IMG/VR virus record: IMGVR_UViG_3300023174_000033
Location: 310,001-374,000 of that record
Length of the DNA stretch: 64,000 nt
Direction: 5' to 3' (one strand)
Positions 9,830 through 19,741 of this stretch are shown here, piece by piece. A program made the translations under genes and the position numbers. Each line of letters begins with the position of its first letter. Position 1 is the first letter of the stretch. The notes under the pieces were generated by a model. The model worked only from the letters and a program-made list of their open reading frames with translations. It searched no databases and was not told the DNA's origin.

Positions 9830-10040
9830 ACCAACGGAGTAAAACACTTGTCAATTAGGATAGTGTAAAAACAGTTCTCGGAAACTTACGGGATATAAAT
9901 AGCACAGAATGTCTGACCCTGGCTATAGATCCTACATCATGCTTGTAGGAACGTTCAAGTTGAGGTAAAAACCGTTAACCCTCGCAACTAATTAGACACC
10001 CTTACCCTCTAAAAGTCTGAAAGAAATTTCAGACTTTTTT
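9830..10040 (+). ncRNA. Candidate structured non-coding RNA
   Basis: ORF-free, GC-enriched intergenic segment with five hairpins, two possible pseudoknots and a strong terminator. Not recognised as a known family. Confidence 0.5.
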
Positions 10041-10045
10041 TTTTG
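10011..10045 (+). terminator. Rho-independent terminator
   Basis: AAAAGTCTGAAA-GAAA-TTTCAGACTTTT followed by a long T tract. Confidence 0.85.
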
Positions 10046-10072
10046 TTTTAATAAATCTTTGCGTTACCTTTG
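10042..10072 (+). promoter_or_regulatory. Bacteroidota-type primary sigma promoter
   Basis: TTTG (10042-10045), 19 nt, TACCTTTG (10065-10072). Confidence 0.75.
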
Positions 10073-10094
10073 TACTACCAAATAAAAATACAAT

Positions 10095-10970
10095 ATGTCA
10101 ACATTCCTAACATCACGCGGATATACTAAATACAACAAGGCTCTTCTTTTCAACAAGATTGATGCTATTGAAATCTTTCAACAAGGTTCACAGGTAATTA
10201 CCAAATACTTCAATAGGATTATTAATAATACTCCGGTATCAGACCGTTATGAGATTTTTGATATCCGATCATTTATGAAGTCAAAAATTGATTATCTTGA
10301 ATCAAATTTCAACATCACTTATTCAAACCTACGAATTCGTGGGGGTATTCAAGAATTGATCCTCCTTTCTGACGAGGTTGAAATTGCTGGAATAAATTTC
10401 CATAAAGCTTTTTTCATTCTTAATTCCACTGATAAATCTCGTCGTTTGAGTATGAATCTTGGTCTTTATCAGGCCGATAATGGTGTATATCTTGTAAATT
10501 CAATCAAGAATTTCTCACTTATCACCAAACACCTTAAAGGTATTACAGATAAAGCTGAAACAGCAGCTCAAAACATTGATGTTGAAACGTTTGACGAACA
10601 AATTCAATCAATCAGGTCACTTGTTGGTGAAAGAGTAATGATGTCACAAGTGAGGAATATAATCATTGACAAAGACCAAAAAGTCAATCATAATAAGTTT
10701 GATGCTCTTAAAAACAATCTTCGGTGGAACCATTCAAAGCAGTTCACCAAGGAACAAATTGGTGTACTTACTACCCCTAGTGAGAAGTTAAATTTTGACC
10801 CAAGTATTGATTTTTCAATTGATGCTTTTCAAGTATTCCAAGCTTATATGAATGTATTCAGAAACCAAGATTCTTATGTTGTCCGTAAGGAAACTGAAAA
10901 GATTTTGAATATCACACAGTGTTTTATTCGCGATGAAAAATTAGCACAACTTTTTGATTTGTTTGATTAA
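10095..10970 (+). CDS. DUF932/DUF945-like phage early protein
   Basis: FILNSTDKSRRLSMNLGLY...NG...KHLKG resembles the DUF932 NSHDG..GxxR.vC.NG..H pattern. Confidence 0.45.
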   Translation: MSTFLTSRGYTKYNKALLFNKIDAIEIFQQGSQVITKYFNRIINNTPVSDRYEIFDIRSFMKSKIDYLESNFNITYSNLRIRGGIQELILLSDEVEIAGINFHKAFFILNSTDKSRRLSMNLGLYQADNGVYLVNSIKNFSLITKHLKGITDKAETAAQNIDVETFDEQIQSIRSLVGERVMMSQVRNIIIDKDQKVNHNKFDALKNNLRWNHSKQFTKEQIGVLTTPSEKLNFDPSIDFSIDAFQVFQAYMNVFRNQDSYVVRKETEKILNITQCFIRDEKLAQLFDLFD

Positions 10971-10983
10971 TATTCTATATTTG
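10953..10983 (+). promoter_or_regulatory. Bacteroidota-type primary sigma promoter
   Basis: TTTG (10953-10956), 19 nt, TATATTTG (10976-10983); ATG at 10992. Confidence 0.7.
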
Positions 10984-10991
10984 TAACCACT

Positions 10992-12239
10992 ATGTCATAT
11001 ATAAGAAAAACTGCCGATATTATAACTTCAAATGAGTTAGACTTTGTTTTACATCAAATAAAAGACCATTCTTTGGTTGCTAAATTGCTCTTGAAGCAAA
11101 GACACCCAATTGAAGATTTGGTGGATGGTCATGTGAACTATATCTCAATTTCTAATTCAGATAAAACAAAGATTTCTTATCTGACAAAAGAGAGGGCTGA
11201 ATCAATAATACAATCTTCTCCATATGGTGAGGGCGCTGATGAACTATGGAGTTCAAGTCGGAGGTTCCATGTGAAGCCGGGATCTTTTATCAGCAAAATA
11301 TTTAAAAAAGTTTCGTTAGAGGAAGTTCAAAAATTTTCAATTCTTTTCAGAAATATTCAAAATAAAATTGAATATAACTTCAATGTAGTAGATGGTTCAA
11401 AATTATCCCATTACTACCATTTCAATTCCTATCTTTCGGAAAGTGGATCACTTGGTTGTTCTTGTATGAAATACGATCAGTGTCAAGATTATTTGGATTT
11501 ATACACCAAAAATTCAGATATTATAAAAATGTTGGTAATGACTGCTGATAATGGTCAGTTGATTGGTCGAGCACTTCTTTGGGAATTTAATGGTAATAAA
11601 ATTATGGATAGGATTTATACGATTGATGATGATACTTATCAGTATCAATTCAAAAAATGGGCGGATAATAATGAATATTTATATAAAAAGGAGCAAAAAT
11701 GGAATAATGGATTATTCTTTGAATCAAATGGTAAAACGATTTATAAGGAACTATCTGTTAAATTAGAAAATACCAAATTTGAATACTATCCATACTTGGA
11801 CACATTTAGGTTCTTGGATACTAAAACTGGCACACTTTATAACTACAAACCAACTGACACAACCACTCTTTATAATATCAAAACTTTATCATCCGCAGAT
11901 GGTTCTACCTATGGTTACGATCATTTGATGTTGTGTGATAAGACTAAACAATTCTTCCCTTATGCAGACACAACATATCTTGAATATTGTGGAATACGTG
12001 TGTGTCATAATATATGTGTTTACTCCGATATCTTTGATACAAGTATTTTGAGAGAAGATGCTCTCTATGATCCAAATGTTAATGATTGGATTTTTAAAGA
12101 CCCAGAATTTAATAATGAAATTCTTTTAGATAGTGTAAGAAAAACAAAAAAAGAGTTTGGTTCAGTGATGGAAAATTTTTACCAAGATATTTCACGAGCA
12201 GTAGACGAGACTGTTCAGATTGTTGAATCTCCATTCTAA
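10992..12239 (+). CDS. Phage protein of the SCM/GRALxW/MDRIY/YPxxDT family
   Basis: GSLGCSCMKY, IGRALLW, IMDRIY and YPYLDT; paralogue of 8665-9798. Confidence 0.7.
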   Translation: MSYIRKTADIITSNELDFVLHQIKDHSLVAKLLLKQRHPIEDLVDGHVNYISISNSDKTKISYLTKERAESIIQSSPYGEGADELWSSSRRFHVKPGSFISKIFKKVSLEEVQKFSILFRNIQNKIEYNFNVVDGSKLSHYYHFNSYLSESGSLGCSCMKYDQCQDYLDLYTKNSDIIKMLVMTADNGQLIGRALLWEFNGNKIMDRIYTIDDDTYQYQFKKWADNNEYLYKKEQKWNNGLFFESNGKTIYKELSVKLENTKFEYYPYLDTFRFLDTKTGTLYNYKPTDTTTLYNIKTLSSADGSTYGYDHLMLCDKTKQFFPYADTTYLEYCGIRVCHNICVYSDIFDTSILREDALYDPNVNDWIFKDPEFNNEILLDSVRKTKKEFGSVMENFYQDISRAVDETVQIVESPF

Positions 12240-12270
12240 ACAAATAGATAATGTTTTGTATATACATTAT

Positions 12271-12999
12271 ATGAAAGATTATGTTTTTGATAAATTAAAA
12301 TTTTTTGACGAAAATCCAAAATTTATTTTTAATGAAAAATATCATAGTTATACTTATGATGGGAATAAATTAACATCAGTAACTAAATTTATTCAAAGAT
12401 TTAAAAAAGAATTTGATTCCGAGGGAATTTCAAAAAGAATATCCGACGAAACTGGATTGAGTCAAGAAGCAATATTGGAGGATTGGAAAAAAATCAACGA
12501 TAGAGCTAACGAAATAGGACATGCGACACATGCTTGGATTGAGAATTTCTTCAAAGGAGTTTATCAACCAATACCAAGAGACTTTGAAATTATTGACAGG
12601 ATTGATAAATTTAATAAAATTTATTACGAGAAAATACATAAACTAACACCTATCAAATTTGAACAGAGAGTATTTTCAACAAAGTGGAATTTAGCTGGAA
12701 CCTTTGATGCTTTGTTTTCATATCAAGATAAATTAGTTATTGTAGATTGGAAAACAAACAAAAAGTTTGATACATCAAGTAATTGGAATAAAAAGTTACT
12801 AACCCCCTTTGATAGTGAAGATGAATGTAAATTAACTGAATATTCCATTCAGATTTCTTTGTACGCTTTAATGCTGGAGGAAGTTGGTTTAGAAATAAAA
12901 AATGGTTTAATCCTACATATCGGACCAGAAGGTGAGCCAAACCTTTACAAATTCAAAGACTATCGAGAAATATTGAGAAATTATTTAGATGGTTTATAA
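12271..12999 (+). CDS. PD-(D/E)XK exonuclease (lambda-exo/RecB/Cas4-like)
   Basis: SVTKFI, GHATHAWIE, E...AGTFDAL, IVDWKT and Q..LY motifs. Likely ATG at 12271. Confidence 0.8.
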   Translation: MKDYVFDKLKFFDENPKFIFNEKYHSYTYDGNKLTSVTKFIQRFKKEFDSEGISKRISDETGLSQEAILEDWKKINDRANEIGHATHAWIENFFKGVYQPIPRDFEIIDRIDKFNKIYYEKIHKLTPIKFEQRVFSTKWNLAGTFDALFSYQDKLVIVDWKTNKKFDTSSNWNKKLLTPFDSEDECKLTEYSIQISLYALMLEEVGLEIKNGLILHIGPEGEPNLYKFKDYREILRNYLDGL

Positions 13000-13698
13000 T
13001 TTCAGTATATCAATTGCTAAAGAATATTTCTGTAACAAGCTTTTTGACCCATCTGTAATTTCAATAAAAGAGAAGTTTGGAAATATTGACTGTGTGAAAT
13101 AAGTTGAAAAGGTTGGAGTTATCTCACTCTTTTTACTCCAAGTAAAAGAAAGAATACATTCGTAAATTTTATTCTCGTAGCTTACCTGAGATTGGGTTAC
13201 ATAAAAGAAAGCTTCCTCTGGTATATCTCCAAATTTGGGTATGGAGGCAAAGATACTATTTGACGATCCTCTTATTACATTCAAATCTGTCTGTAAATTT
13301 TGCCATGGTCTAAAATCCAATAAATATAAGCCATTTTGATATTCGGGAGTAACTTCAACTATATCACCTAAATATTTTGAATTTTCAATATTGTAAAAGT
13401 GTGTACCCATACAATAAACAGATTTTTCTTTAAAAAGTTTATCATATTGAATTTGTGTATCTGATTTAGTTTTATTTTTTATTTTCTTAAAACTATTTTT
13501 CTTAAAGTCTTGTATACTCCAAAATTCACCGATTTCTATTTTGTATTTTGTTATCAATACATCACTCAATATTTGATATTTGCCCTCATCAATCAAATCA
13601 TCAATATATTGATAGTAATCATAAATTGCTAAATCACCATCCTTTGCTAATTTGTTTATATTTTGATAAATTCGTTCAACCTCTTGTCTGTAAGTCAT
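12994..13698 (-). CDS. Hypothetical protein
   Basis: 234 aa ORF, TAATATATA upstream. Confidence 0.55.
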   Translation of the reverse strand: MTYRQEVERIYQNINKLAKDGDLAIYDYYQYIDDLIDEGKYQILSDVLITKYKIEIGEFWSIQDFKKNSFKKIKNKTKSDTQIQYDKLFKEKSVYCMGTHFYNIENSKYLGDIVEVTPEYQNGLYLLDFRPWQNLQTDLNVIRGSSNSIFASIPKFGDIPEEAFFYVTQSQVSYENKIYECILSFTWSKKSEITPTFSTYFTQSIFPNFSFIEITDGSKSLLQKYSLAIDILKL

Positions 13699-13714
13699 AA
13701 TCTATATATTAAAA

Positions 13715-13735
13715 AACCCCACTAAAAGTGGGGTT
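13715..13735. terminator. Rho-independent terminator
   Basis: AACCCCACT-AAA-AGTGGGGTT with flanking A/T tracts. Confidence 0.7.
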
Positions 13736-13742
13736 AGTTTTT

Positions 13743-14795
13743 TTATGCTAATAACTTTTCAATTTCTGATACTTTATCTGGCTTTGATACCACCCCCTTC
13801 ACAATTTTATTTATTGTGTCCATTTGTTTAGGGTCTTTAATTTCACCCAACGTCTTTTTCAACTCATCCTCTGGTTTTACAGATGAATCACCCGTTTTTA
13901 AATTTGGAACTTCTTTACCATCTTGTGTGATTTTCTCAATAGCACCGGTCTCATATTGTTTCAATGGGTCTGGCTTACCATCTCTTTCCATCTCGGTCAT
14001 CATAACTTTGTCACCCACTTTTATTTCAGCAGGTATTTTTACAAATAATTTCTGACCTTCTTTAAATGCTACTTTTTTACTATTTGTAGATACAACTTGG
14101 TAAAATCCTGGCTTTTCTTCTGATGGTTTGATAGTAGCTTCAACATCCCCCCAATCCAAAATAATTTCACCTTTGCCACCAGTTGGTGATTCGGTAATCT
14201 TTTTCTCTTCTTTATATTCTGCTACCTTATCTTCAATTAGTTTAGCATCTTGAATTTTCTTTTTTGCTCCATTCACTGTGTTTTTCAAAAATGTGATCAT
14301 TTCAGCTTTTTTCTTGGCTAAATCTTTAGCAGCTGCAAACTTTTTCTCGAATTCAATGGATAGTCTATTATATTCATCTTTCAATAATCCAAATAAAACT
14401 CTACCACCAATCATAGCATCTTGAATTTTACCTTCGTTGATACTTCTTGATTCTTTTATTGATGCGATACTTTTATCAAAATCAGCCATTTGTGAATCAA
14501 TATTTTTCACAAATGTTTCTTTCATTTGTACTAATTCACTTTCTTCCTTTGCGGTATTAACATTCTTGATTGTGCTAGCTAATATGGTATCAAGTGATTT
14601 TGACATTTTACTTTTTGCCTCCTCCAAAGAAAGCCCTTTTTGAAAATCGGCTTTGAAGTTTTTGAAAGGAGCAGATATACCACTAAAAAAGTTTTTAACA
14701 GCTCCAGTAGCAGCCTTCAGTACATCCATAATTCCTTCATTAGTTACCTCTGAACTTTGGCTTCTAAAAGCTCTATAATTCTTTAAGTGTTCCAT
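13743..14795 (-). CDS. Hypothetical protein, probable internal virion protein
   Basis: K/E-rich and helical, N-terminus MEHLKNYRAF...NE, TAATATATA upstream. Confidence 0.5.
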   Translation of the reverse strand: MEHLKNYRAFRSQSSEVTNEGIMDVLKAATGAVKNFFSGISAPFKNFKADFQKGLSLEEAKSKMSKSLDTILASTIKNVNTAKEESELVQMKETFVKNIDSQMADFDKSIASIKESRSINEGKIQDAMIGGRVLFGLLKDEYNRLSIEFEKKFAAAKDLAKKKAEMITFLKNTVNGAKKKIQDAKLIEDKVAEYKEEKKITESPTGGKGEIILDWGDVEATIKPSEEKPGFYQVVSTNSKKVAFKEGQKLFVKIPAEIKVGDKVMMTEMERDGKPDPLKQYETGAIEKITQDGKEVPNLKTGDSSVKPEDELKKTLGEIKDPKQMDTINKIVKGVVSKPDKVSEIEKLLA

Positions 14796-14903
14796 GTATA
14801 AAATTAAAATTTCTTTATATATTAAAAAAAAAAGATTTTTATAAACGATTTATAATAAACCTTACCTTGAAATAGGGATATAAAAAAAAACTAATTAAAT
14901 TTA

Positions 14904-16064
14904 ATGAAAAAACCTTATAGATTAGCCATCTCACAAATTGTAAAAGATGAGGCACACGTTGTTGAACGTATGTTGAATTCAATCAAGAGTATTATTGATT
15001 GTGCTGTTTTTGTGGATACTGGCTCAACCGATGGAACTCAAGATGTGATAAAAAAATGGGGGGAGAAAAATAATATTCCGGTTTTTGTTTATGAAAGGCC
15101 ATTTGATAATTTTGAAAATTCAAGAAATTATGCAATGCAAATGGTTAAAGATAAATCTCAATATGCTTTCTGGCTCGATGCTGATGAAACTATTGAGGTA
15201 AGCCCAACCTTTGATAAAAATAAATTGGACAAGGATTTGTATATGTTCAACACTTACATTAATGCGATGAAGTATACAAGGAACGAATGTTGGAACACCG
15301 ACAAAAACTTCAGATGGTATGGCCCAGTACATGAATTTATCATTAGTGATGATCAAAATATTTCATCTGGCCTTATGGATGGAATCGTTGTAAGAGTTCA
15401 GATGGATGGTGGTTCTTGGAAGGGAAATATTCCAGACAAGTATAAAAAACATTCAATGATTCTTGAAGATTATATTGATAACAAGGACAGAAATGCAAGA
15501 TGGGTTTTCTATACAGCACAATCTTATCACGATTCCGCTTCAATTCCCGATAATAAAGCAGAAAATGAAGAAAGATTGAGAAGATCGGTGAAATATTATA
15601 GAGAAAGGATTGGTAGATTTGATGGGTATGAAGAGGAAAGATTCTACTCACAGTTTCGTGTTGGTACAATTTCAAAAGTTTTGGAAGAACCTTGGTATAA
15701 AGTTCATCAAGAATTACTCAAAGCTTATGCAATGGACCCTCTCCGTGGAGAACCTATCAAGGTTATATGTGACCATTACCTAAACAATGGAGAATGGCAC
15801 CTAGCTTATCTTTATACAACATTCGCTATGGCTAATTTCCACGGAAAAAATCCATATCCGACTAGATTACTTTTCGTTGATGAATCCCTTTATGTTTGGA
15901 GGTTCCTTGAAATCCATTCAGCAGCTTGTTTTTATACAAACAGATTGGATGAAGGTAAAAAAACCTACAAAGAACTTCTTGATACTATTAAGAAAACTCC
16001 TGAACACTTTACTAGAGAGGATATAAATAAAATTCAGTCAAACGCTCAATTCTTTGGAGCATAA
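14904..16064 (+). CDS. GT2 glycosyltransferase with TPR-like C-terminus
   Basis: IVKDE, VDTGSTDGT, SRNYA, WLDADE and GPVHE; helical repeats C-terminally. Confidence 0.85.
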   Translation: MKKPYRLAISQIVKDEAHVVERMLNSIKSIIDCAVFVDTGSTDGTQDVIKKWGEKNNIPVFVYERPFDNFENSRNYAMQMVKDKSQYAFWLDADETIEVSPTFDKNKLDKDLYMFNTYINAMKYTRNECWNTDKNFRWYGPVHEFIISDDQNISSGLMDGIVVRVQMDGGSWKGNIPDKYKKHSMILEDYIDNKDRNARWVFYTAQSYHDSASIPDNKAENEERLRRSVKYYRERIGRFDGYEEERFYSQFRVGTISKVLEEPWYKVHQELLKAYAMDPLRGEPIKVICDHYLNNGEWHLAYLYTTFAMANFHGKNPYPTRLLFVDESLYVWRFLEIHSAACFYTNRLDEGKKTYKELLDTIKKTPEHFTREDINKIQSNAQFFGA

Positions 16065-16093
16065 AAAAAGGGGGATTAAAATCCCCCTTTTTT
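16063..16093. terminator. Bidirectional terminator between convergent genes
   Basis: AAAAAAAGGGGGATT-AA-AATCCCCCTTTTTT. Confidence 0.85.
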
Positions 16094-16277
16094 ATTTTTT
16101 ATATTCTTTAAACCAATAAAAAAACGAAACAACAAAAGATATCAAAAGGATATATGTTGATTCGGATCTTTCTATTTCACCATATCTACTAAAAATTAAT
16201 GATGATATAAAAGATGTAACAATAAAAATTATTGCGGTGTCATGAATTTGACTACCAAAAATCTTCAAATTAGGCAT
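16092..16277 (-). CDS. Small two-TM membrane protein
   Basis: Two hydrophobic stretches in 61 aa. Confidence 0.5.
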   Translation of the reverse strand: MPNLKIFGSQIHDTAIIFIVTSFISSLIFSRYGEIERSESTYILLISFVVSFFYWFKEYKK

Positions 16278-16278
16278 A

Positions 16279-16896
16279 TTATTTACTCAAAAGTTTTATT
16301 AAATCCTCGGTAATAATACTCAACATTTTCTTACCATCAAGTTCTAAATGTGGAATATTTTTGATCCAAGAGTATTTATCATTTCCATCAATATCAATTG
16401 ACTCAATCAGTTTACAAACTTTACTATTATTTGAGTTTTTCTTGATATAGTATGATTTCAAATCATTAACGAATTTTGACAAGTCAACACCTTTCTTATG
16501 GTTATATTTAACCATTTGCAATTCGTTATTCTGTTTTTCAATTAACAAATACCATACGGAACTTTTTGAAACTTTTAAATTCTCTAGAAAATTATAACCC
16601 TTTGAAGCTTTAACACCTTTTGGCAATTTTGCAACTTTACCTATGAATTCAACTTGTTCTTCTACTTTGTCATTTGAAAGTTTTTTTGGTTTCAAGTGAC
16701 TAGTGTCCATGAATTTCTCGGTTTTTTCTTTTTTGTTCCTTGAATTTGGACCCTGAGGCATATCTTTATCTGAAAATGGCATAACTGAATCTTCGTATTC
16801 CTCTTCATGTTTTTTATTACCAGTAGATAAATCCGAAAATTTCTTGAAAGAAACTAATTTCTTTTCTTCCTTTGATTCATTATGCCCTTTTATCAT
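16279..16896 (-). CDS. Hypothetical protein
   Basis: 205 aa ORF, TAATATATA upstream. Confidence 0.55.
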   Translation of the reverse strand: MIKGHNESKEEKKLVSFKKFSDLSTGNKKHEEEYEDSVMPFSDKDMPQGPNSRNKKEKTEKFMDTSHLKPKKLSNDKVEEQVEFIGKVAKLPKGVKASKGYNFLENLKVSKSSVWYLLIEKQNNELQMVKYNHKKGVDLSKFVNDLKSYYIKKNSNNSKVCKLIESIDIDGNDKYSWIKNIPHLELDGKKMLSIITEDLIKLLSK

Positions 16897-16951
16897 GTTT
16901 TAGAACTTTTTTATTATTAATTATATATTAAAATTAATTTTTTTGTTTTTT

Positions 16952-17209
16952 TCAATTCTTTTGCTTGTAATAATATTTATCAACCATGTAATTTTTGAAG
17001 TTTTTTACTATATTGACATTGTCAAAAAATATTGATATTAGTCGTTTAAATCTGTTCAAGAATTCACCCAAAAAATCATTATAATACAAAAACGGACTTA
17101 ATGACTTGTCCAAAATAGATTTTTCATAATCAACAAAATCTTTATCGGAATCATTCCTGTGTTTTATTTGATATATTTCATCAATGTATTTATCTTGATA
17201 ATGATACAT
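16952..17209 (-). CDS. Hypothetical protein (baseplate-associated?)
   Basis: 85 aa, directly downstream of the gp6-like gene. Confidence 0.45.
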   Translation of the reverse strand: MYHYQDKYIDEIYQIKHRNDSDKDFVDYEKSILDKSLSPFLYYNDFLGEFLNRFKRLISIFFDNVNIVKNFKNYMVDKYYYKQKN

Positions 17210-17217
17210 AAATCAAA

Positions 17218-18936
17218 TTAAATTTTTTGTCTCTTTGAGGAGTCTACCGTGCCTTTATGGATAATATTTACAGTTTTTAAACCCTTCTCATTTATATTAT
17301 CAGAGTAGTAAAAATTATTTCTATCATACCACCCACCTCTTATGATGGGGACCTCACTTGGCTCAAAAAGAATATCACCCAACACCGGATCTAACCCCAC
17401 CATAGCTGATGGATTATACTTTGGATTTGGTGTTTGATTTTGAACTGCCGTCTGTGAAGCGTAAGAACTCGCAGCATTTATATCGTCTAATTTTGCTTGT
17501 TTGTGATATTCTTCATTTTTTCTAGACATAAATGATATATCAACTGAATGTATCTCTTCAATTTTAGTGAGTTCTGATATTATTTCACTTTTTGGAATTC
17601 TATCTGTTCTTGTTAAATTTAGAAAATATTCTGAAATTCTGTCAAGTATTTGAGAATTCACCGAATCCTGTTGAGCATCTGAATAACTTATAACAAATAC
17701 ATTTATTACATAGTATGATAGAATAGGAGAATCAATACGATACTTTTTAGTTAATTGTATGTTACCACCACTTTTGAGATAAACATCAATTTTTGATTTT
17801 TCATAGTCATCTAAATAAAAAGCATCCAATTCAACTGCATAGTAATCTTCATTTTTCCCTTTGAAAAGTTTAATATTTGGTGTGGCAACTATTAGAATAA
17901 CCCCACCGACTTCATAAGCATTAACATGGGAAAATACACCCAACCTTTTTAATTGGTATGCATACTGTTGGGGCAGTCCAAGAACAAAATTATTACTTAC
18001 AATTGGTAAAATATTCTTTGTGAATTGTGGTGTTTCTTTATCCGCTCCAAAATTTATTGGTGTAAAGACTGAAACATCAAAAATATTTGTTACATCGACT
18101 CCTTCACCATTTCCGTCTAATGCCTCGTCTATAAACGTCCAATCATTTAATAAAGAATTAAATATTGAACCGTTTGCTCCGTCACTAACTAGATAATTTA
18201 TTTCAATTACACTTGCAACTATTGGAATCATTCCAAAACCAGAATTGCCAAATATAACATCAATACCACCATCAAATCCAGTTCTAACTACACAAGCTTT
18301 TTCATCTGGTAATAAATCATAAAGATGCTTTTTCAAGGTCCAATATTCTCCATTCACTAGGACTTCATAATTGAAATTCTCTACTTCTTTTGTATTTCCT
18401 CTCACTGCGACTTGATACGTTTGATTTGCCTCACCAGTTCCAGTAAAAAATATTCTTTCCCATTTTCCTTGAATAACCGGTATATAGAATTTTGAATTCT
18501 GATTAACAAAATAAGAAACTTGATCAGTACCGATATTGACTGCATATTCTAGTCCGTTGCTCTTATTCTTCAAAGCTTGTCTATTTGTAAATGTTATTTT
18601 CCCACCTGGTAACTCTTCTTGTAAATCCACAGAGGTTTTTACCGAAAATTGTAATGTTCCAGTAGCACTTATAGCTCTCCCTGGTATATGTCCAGCGAAA
18701 ATCGCAGCATTTCTAATGGCTCTCACATTAACTGCATCGGGACTTAACATATCCATCTGTACTATACTGTTTTTCAAGTATAACATAGATAATTGATATA
18801 AATTTTCAACTACAAACAGCACCTGTCCTAATGGGCTGGCATTTGAAAATATAATATTGGATTTTGAGTATTCTTTCCTAAGATAACTTTCTATTTGTTC
18901 TTTAACTCTTGAAAAGGTGATCTCCGTTAAATTCAC
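17218..18936 (-). CDS. Baseplate wedge protein, T4 gp6-like
   Basis: VIFGNSGFGMIP, EINYLVSDGANG, FGADKET and an N-terminal A...G..P.R..SA pattern typical of gp6/baseplate J. Confidence 0.8.
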   Translation of the reverse strand: MNLTEITFSRVKEQIESYLRKEYSKSNIIFSNASPLGQVLFVVENLYQLSMLYLKNSIVQMDMLSPDAVNVRAIRNAAIFAGHIPGRAISATGTLQFSVKTSVDLQEELPGGKITFTNRQALKNKSNGLEYAVNIGTDQVSYFVNQNSKFYIPVIQGKWERIFFTGTGEANQTYQVAVRGNTKEVENFNYEVLVNGEYWTLKKHLYDLLPDEKACVVRTGFDGGIDVIFGNSGFGMIPIVASVIEINYLVSDGANGSIFNSLLNDWTFIDEALDGNGEGVDVTNIFDVSVFTPINFGADKETPQFTKNILPIVSNNFVLGLPQQYAYQLKRLGVFSHVNAYEVGGVILIVATPNIKLFKGKNEDYYAVELDAFYLDDYEKSKIDVYLKSGGNIQLTKKYRIDSPILSYYVINVFVISYSDAQQDSVNSQILDRISEYFLNLTRTDRIPKSEIISELTKIEEIHSVDISFMSRKNEEYHKQAKLDDINAASSYASQTAVQNQTPNPKYNPSAMVGLDPVLGDILFEPSEVPIIRGGWYDRNNFYYSDNINEKGLKTVNIIHKGTVDSSKRQKI

Positions 18937-19024
18937 TTTTAAATTTATTTTTTATGATGCTCTTTATATATTAAAAAAACAATCATCTAACTGTATTTTT
19001 AAAATATTAAATAATATATACTTT

Positions 19025-19741
19025 ATGGAAATAGGAAATTTATTTGATTTCATGCAAGATTGGGGGGTTGGAGCAACAACAATTTTAACCATTATTCTTT
19101 GGATATTGGATAGAACTTTGAAGGTCCCACCAAGTGTGAAAAAATTCTTTGATAAAATACTATCTTATGTATTAAAAATAAGAGTTAAAGACGTTGAAAT
19201 AACTCAATTCAAAAGTATAAAGGATAGTGATGTGACTAGTCACGATATTTTTAATTATATTGATTTTTGGACATATTCAAAAGTGCCTACTTTTAGGTTT
19301 TCCACTGATTATAGGACTGTAGTTTTTAGAAAATATTTAACAATTTTTTTGAAACAACACAAATCTAATTTACAATCTTGGATTGAAGATAAAAAATTTG
19401 AGACTATGGACGATGCTCAACTTTGGACAAGCTCATTAGCTTTAATAAATAAAATCATATATGATTATGAAACCGAAATGATTAAAAGTGACATACCACC
19501 AATAATTATTGAAAAAATGAAGGTAAGAAACAACGAAAGTATTTCATTGACTATTGATTTGCTTGAAAGTATTTGCTCAAGTCAACATTACTCGTCTGAA
19601 AGAAATCTACTAAAAATGTATTCAATACTCAATGTTCTACTATCAATATTAGAAAGTACAATTTCTTCATCTCTCTATATATGTAACACCATAAATGGTC
19701 AGCTAAAAGGACTCACTATGGATGGACACACTGAACCCTAA
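19025..19741 (+). CDS. Single-TM membrane protein (holin-like?)
   Basis: ATG at 19025 after TAATATATA. N-terminal TM (WGVGATTILTIILWIL) followed by a large soluble domain. Confidence 0.4.
   Translation: MEIGNLFDFMQDWGVGATTILTIILWILDRTLKVPPSVKKFFDKILSYVLKIRVKDVEITQFKSIKDSDVTSHDIFNYIDFWTYSKVPTFRFSTDYRTVVFRKYLTIFLKQHKSNLQSWIEDKKFETMDDAQLWTSSLALINKIIYDYETEMIKSDIPPIIIEKMKVRNNESISLTIDLLESICSSQHYSSERNLLKMYSILNVLLSILESTISSSLYICNTINGQLKGLTMDGHTEP

Noticed and set aside
9830-10010. Assignment as group I intron, RNase P RNA, hammerhead or tRNA
   Set aside because: Only fragments resemble those consensus motifs (GGAAAC, GAACGUUCAA, ACAGAA). I could not build P7/P4, a CUGAnGA core or a cloverleaf.
12271-12999. 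Cas4/CRISPR system
   Set aside because: No Cys cluster, no other cas genes and no array; a generic phage exonuclease.
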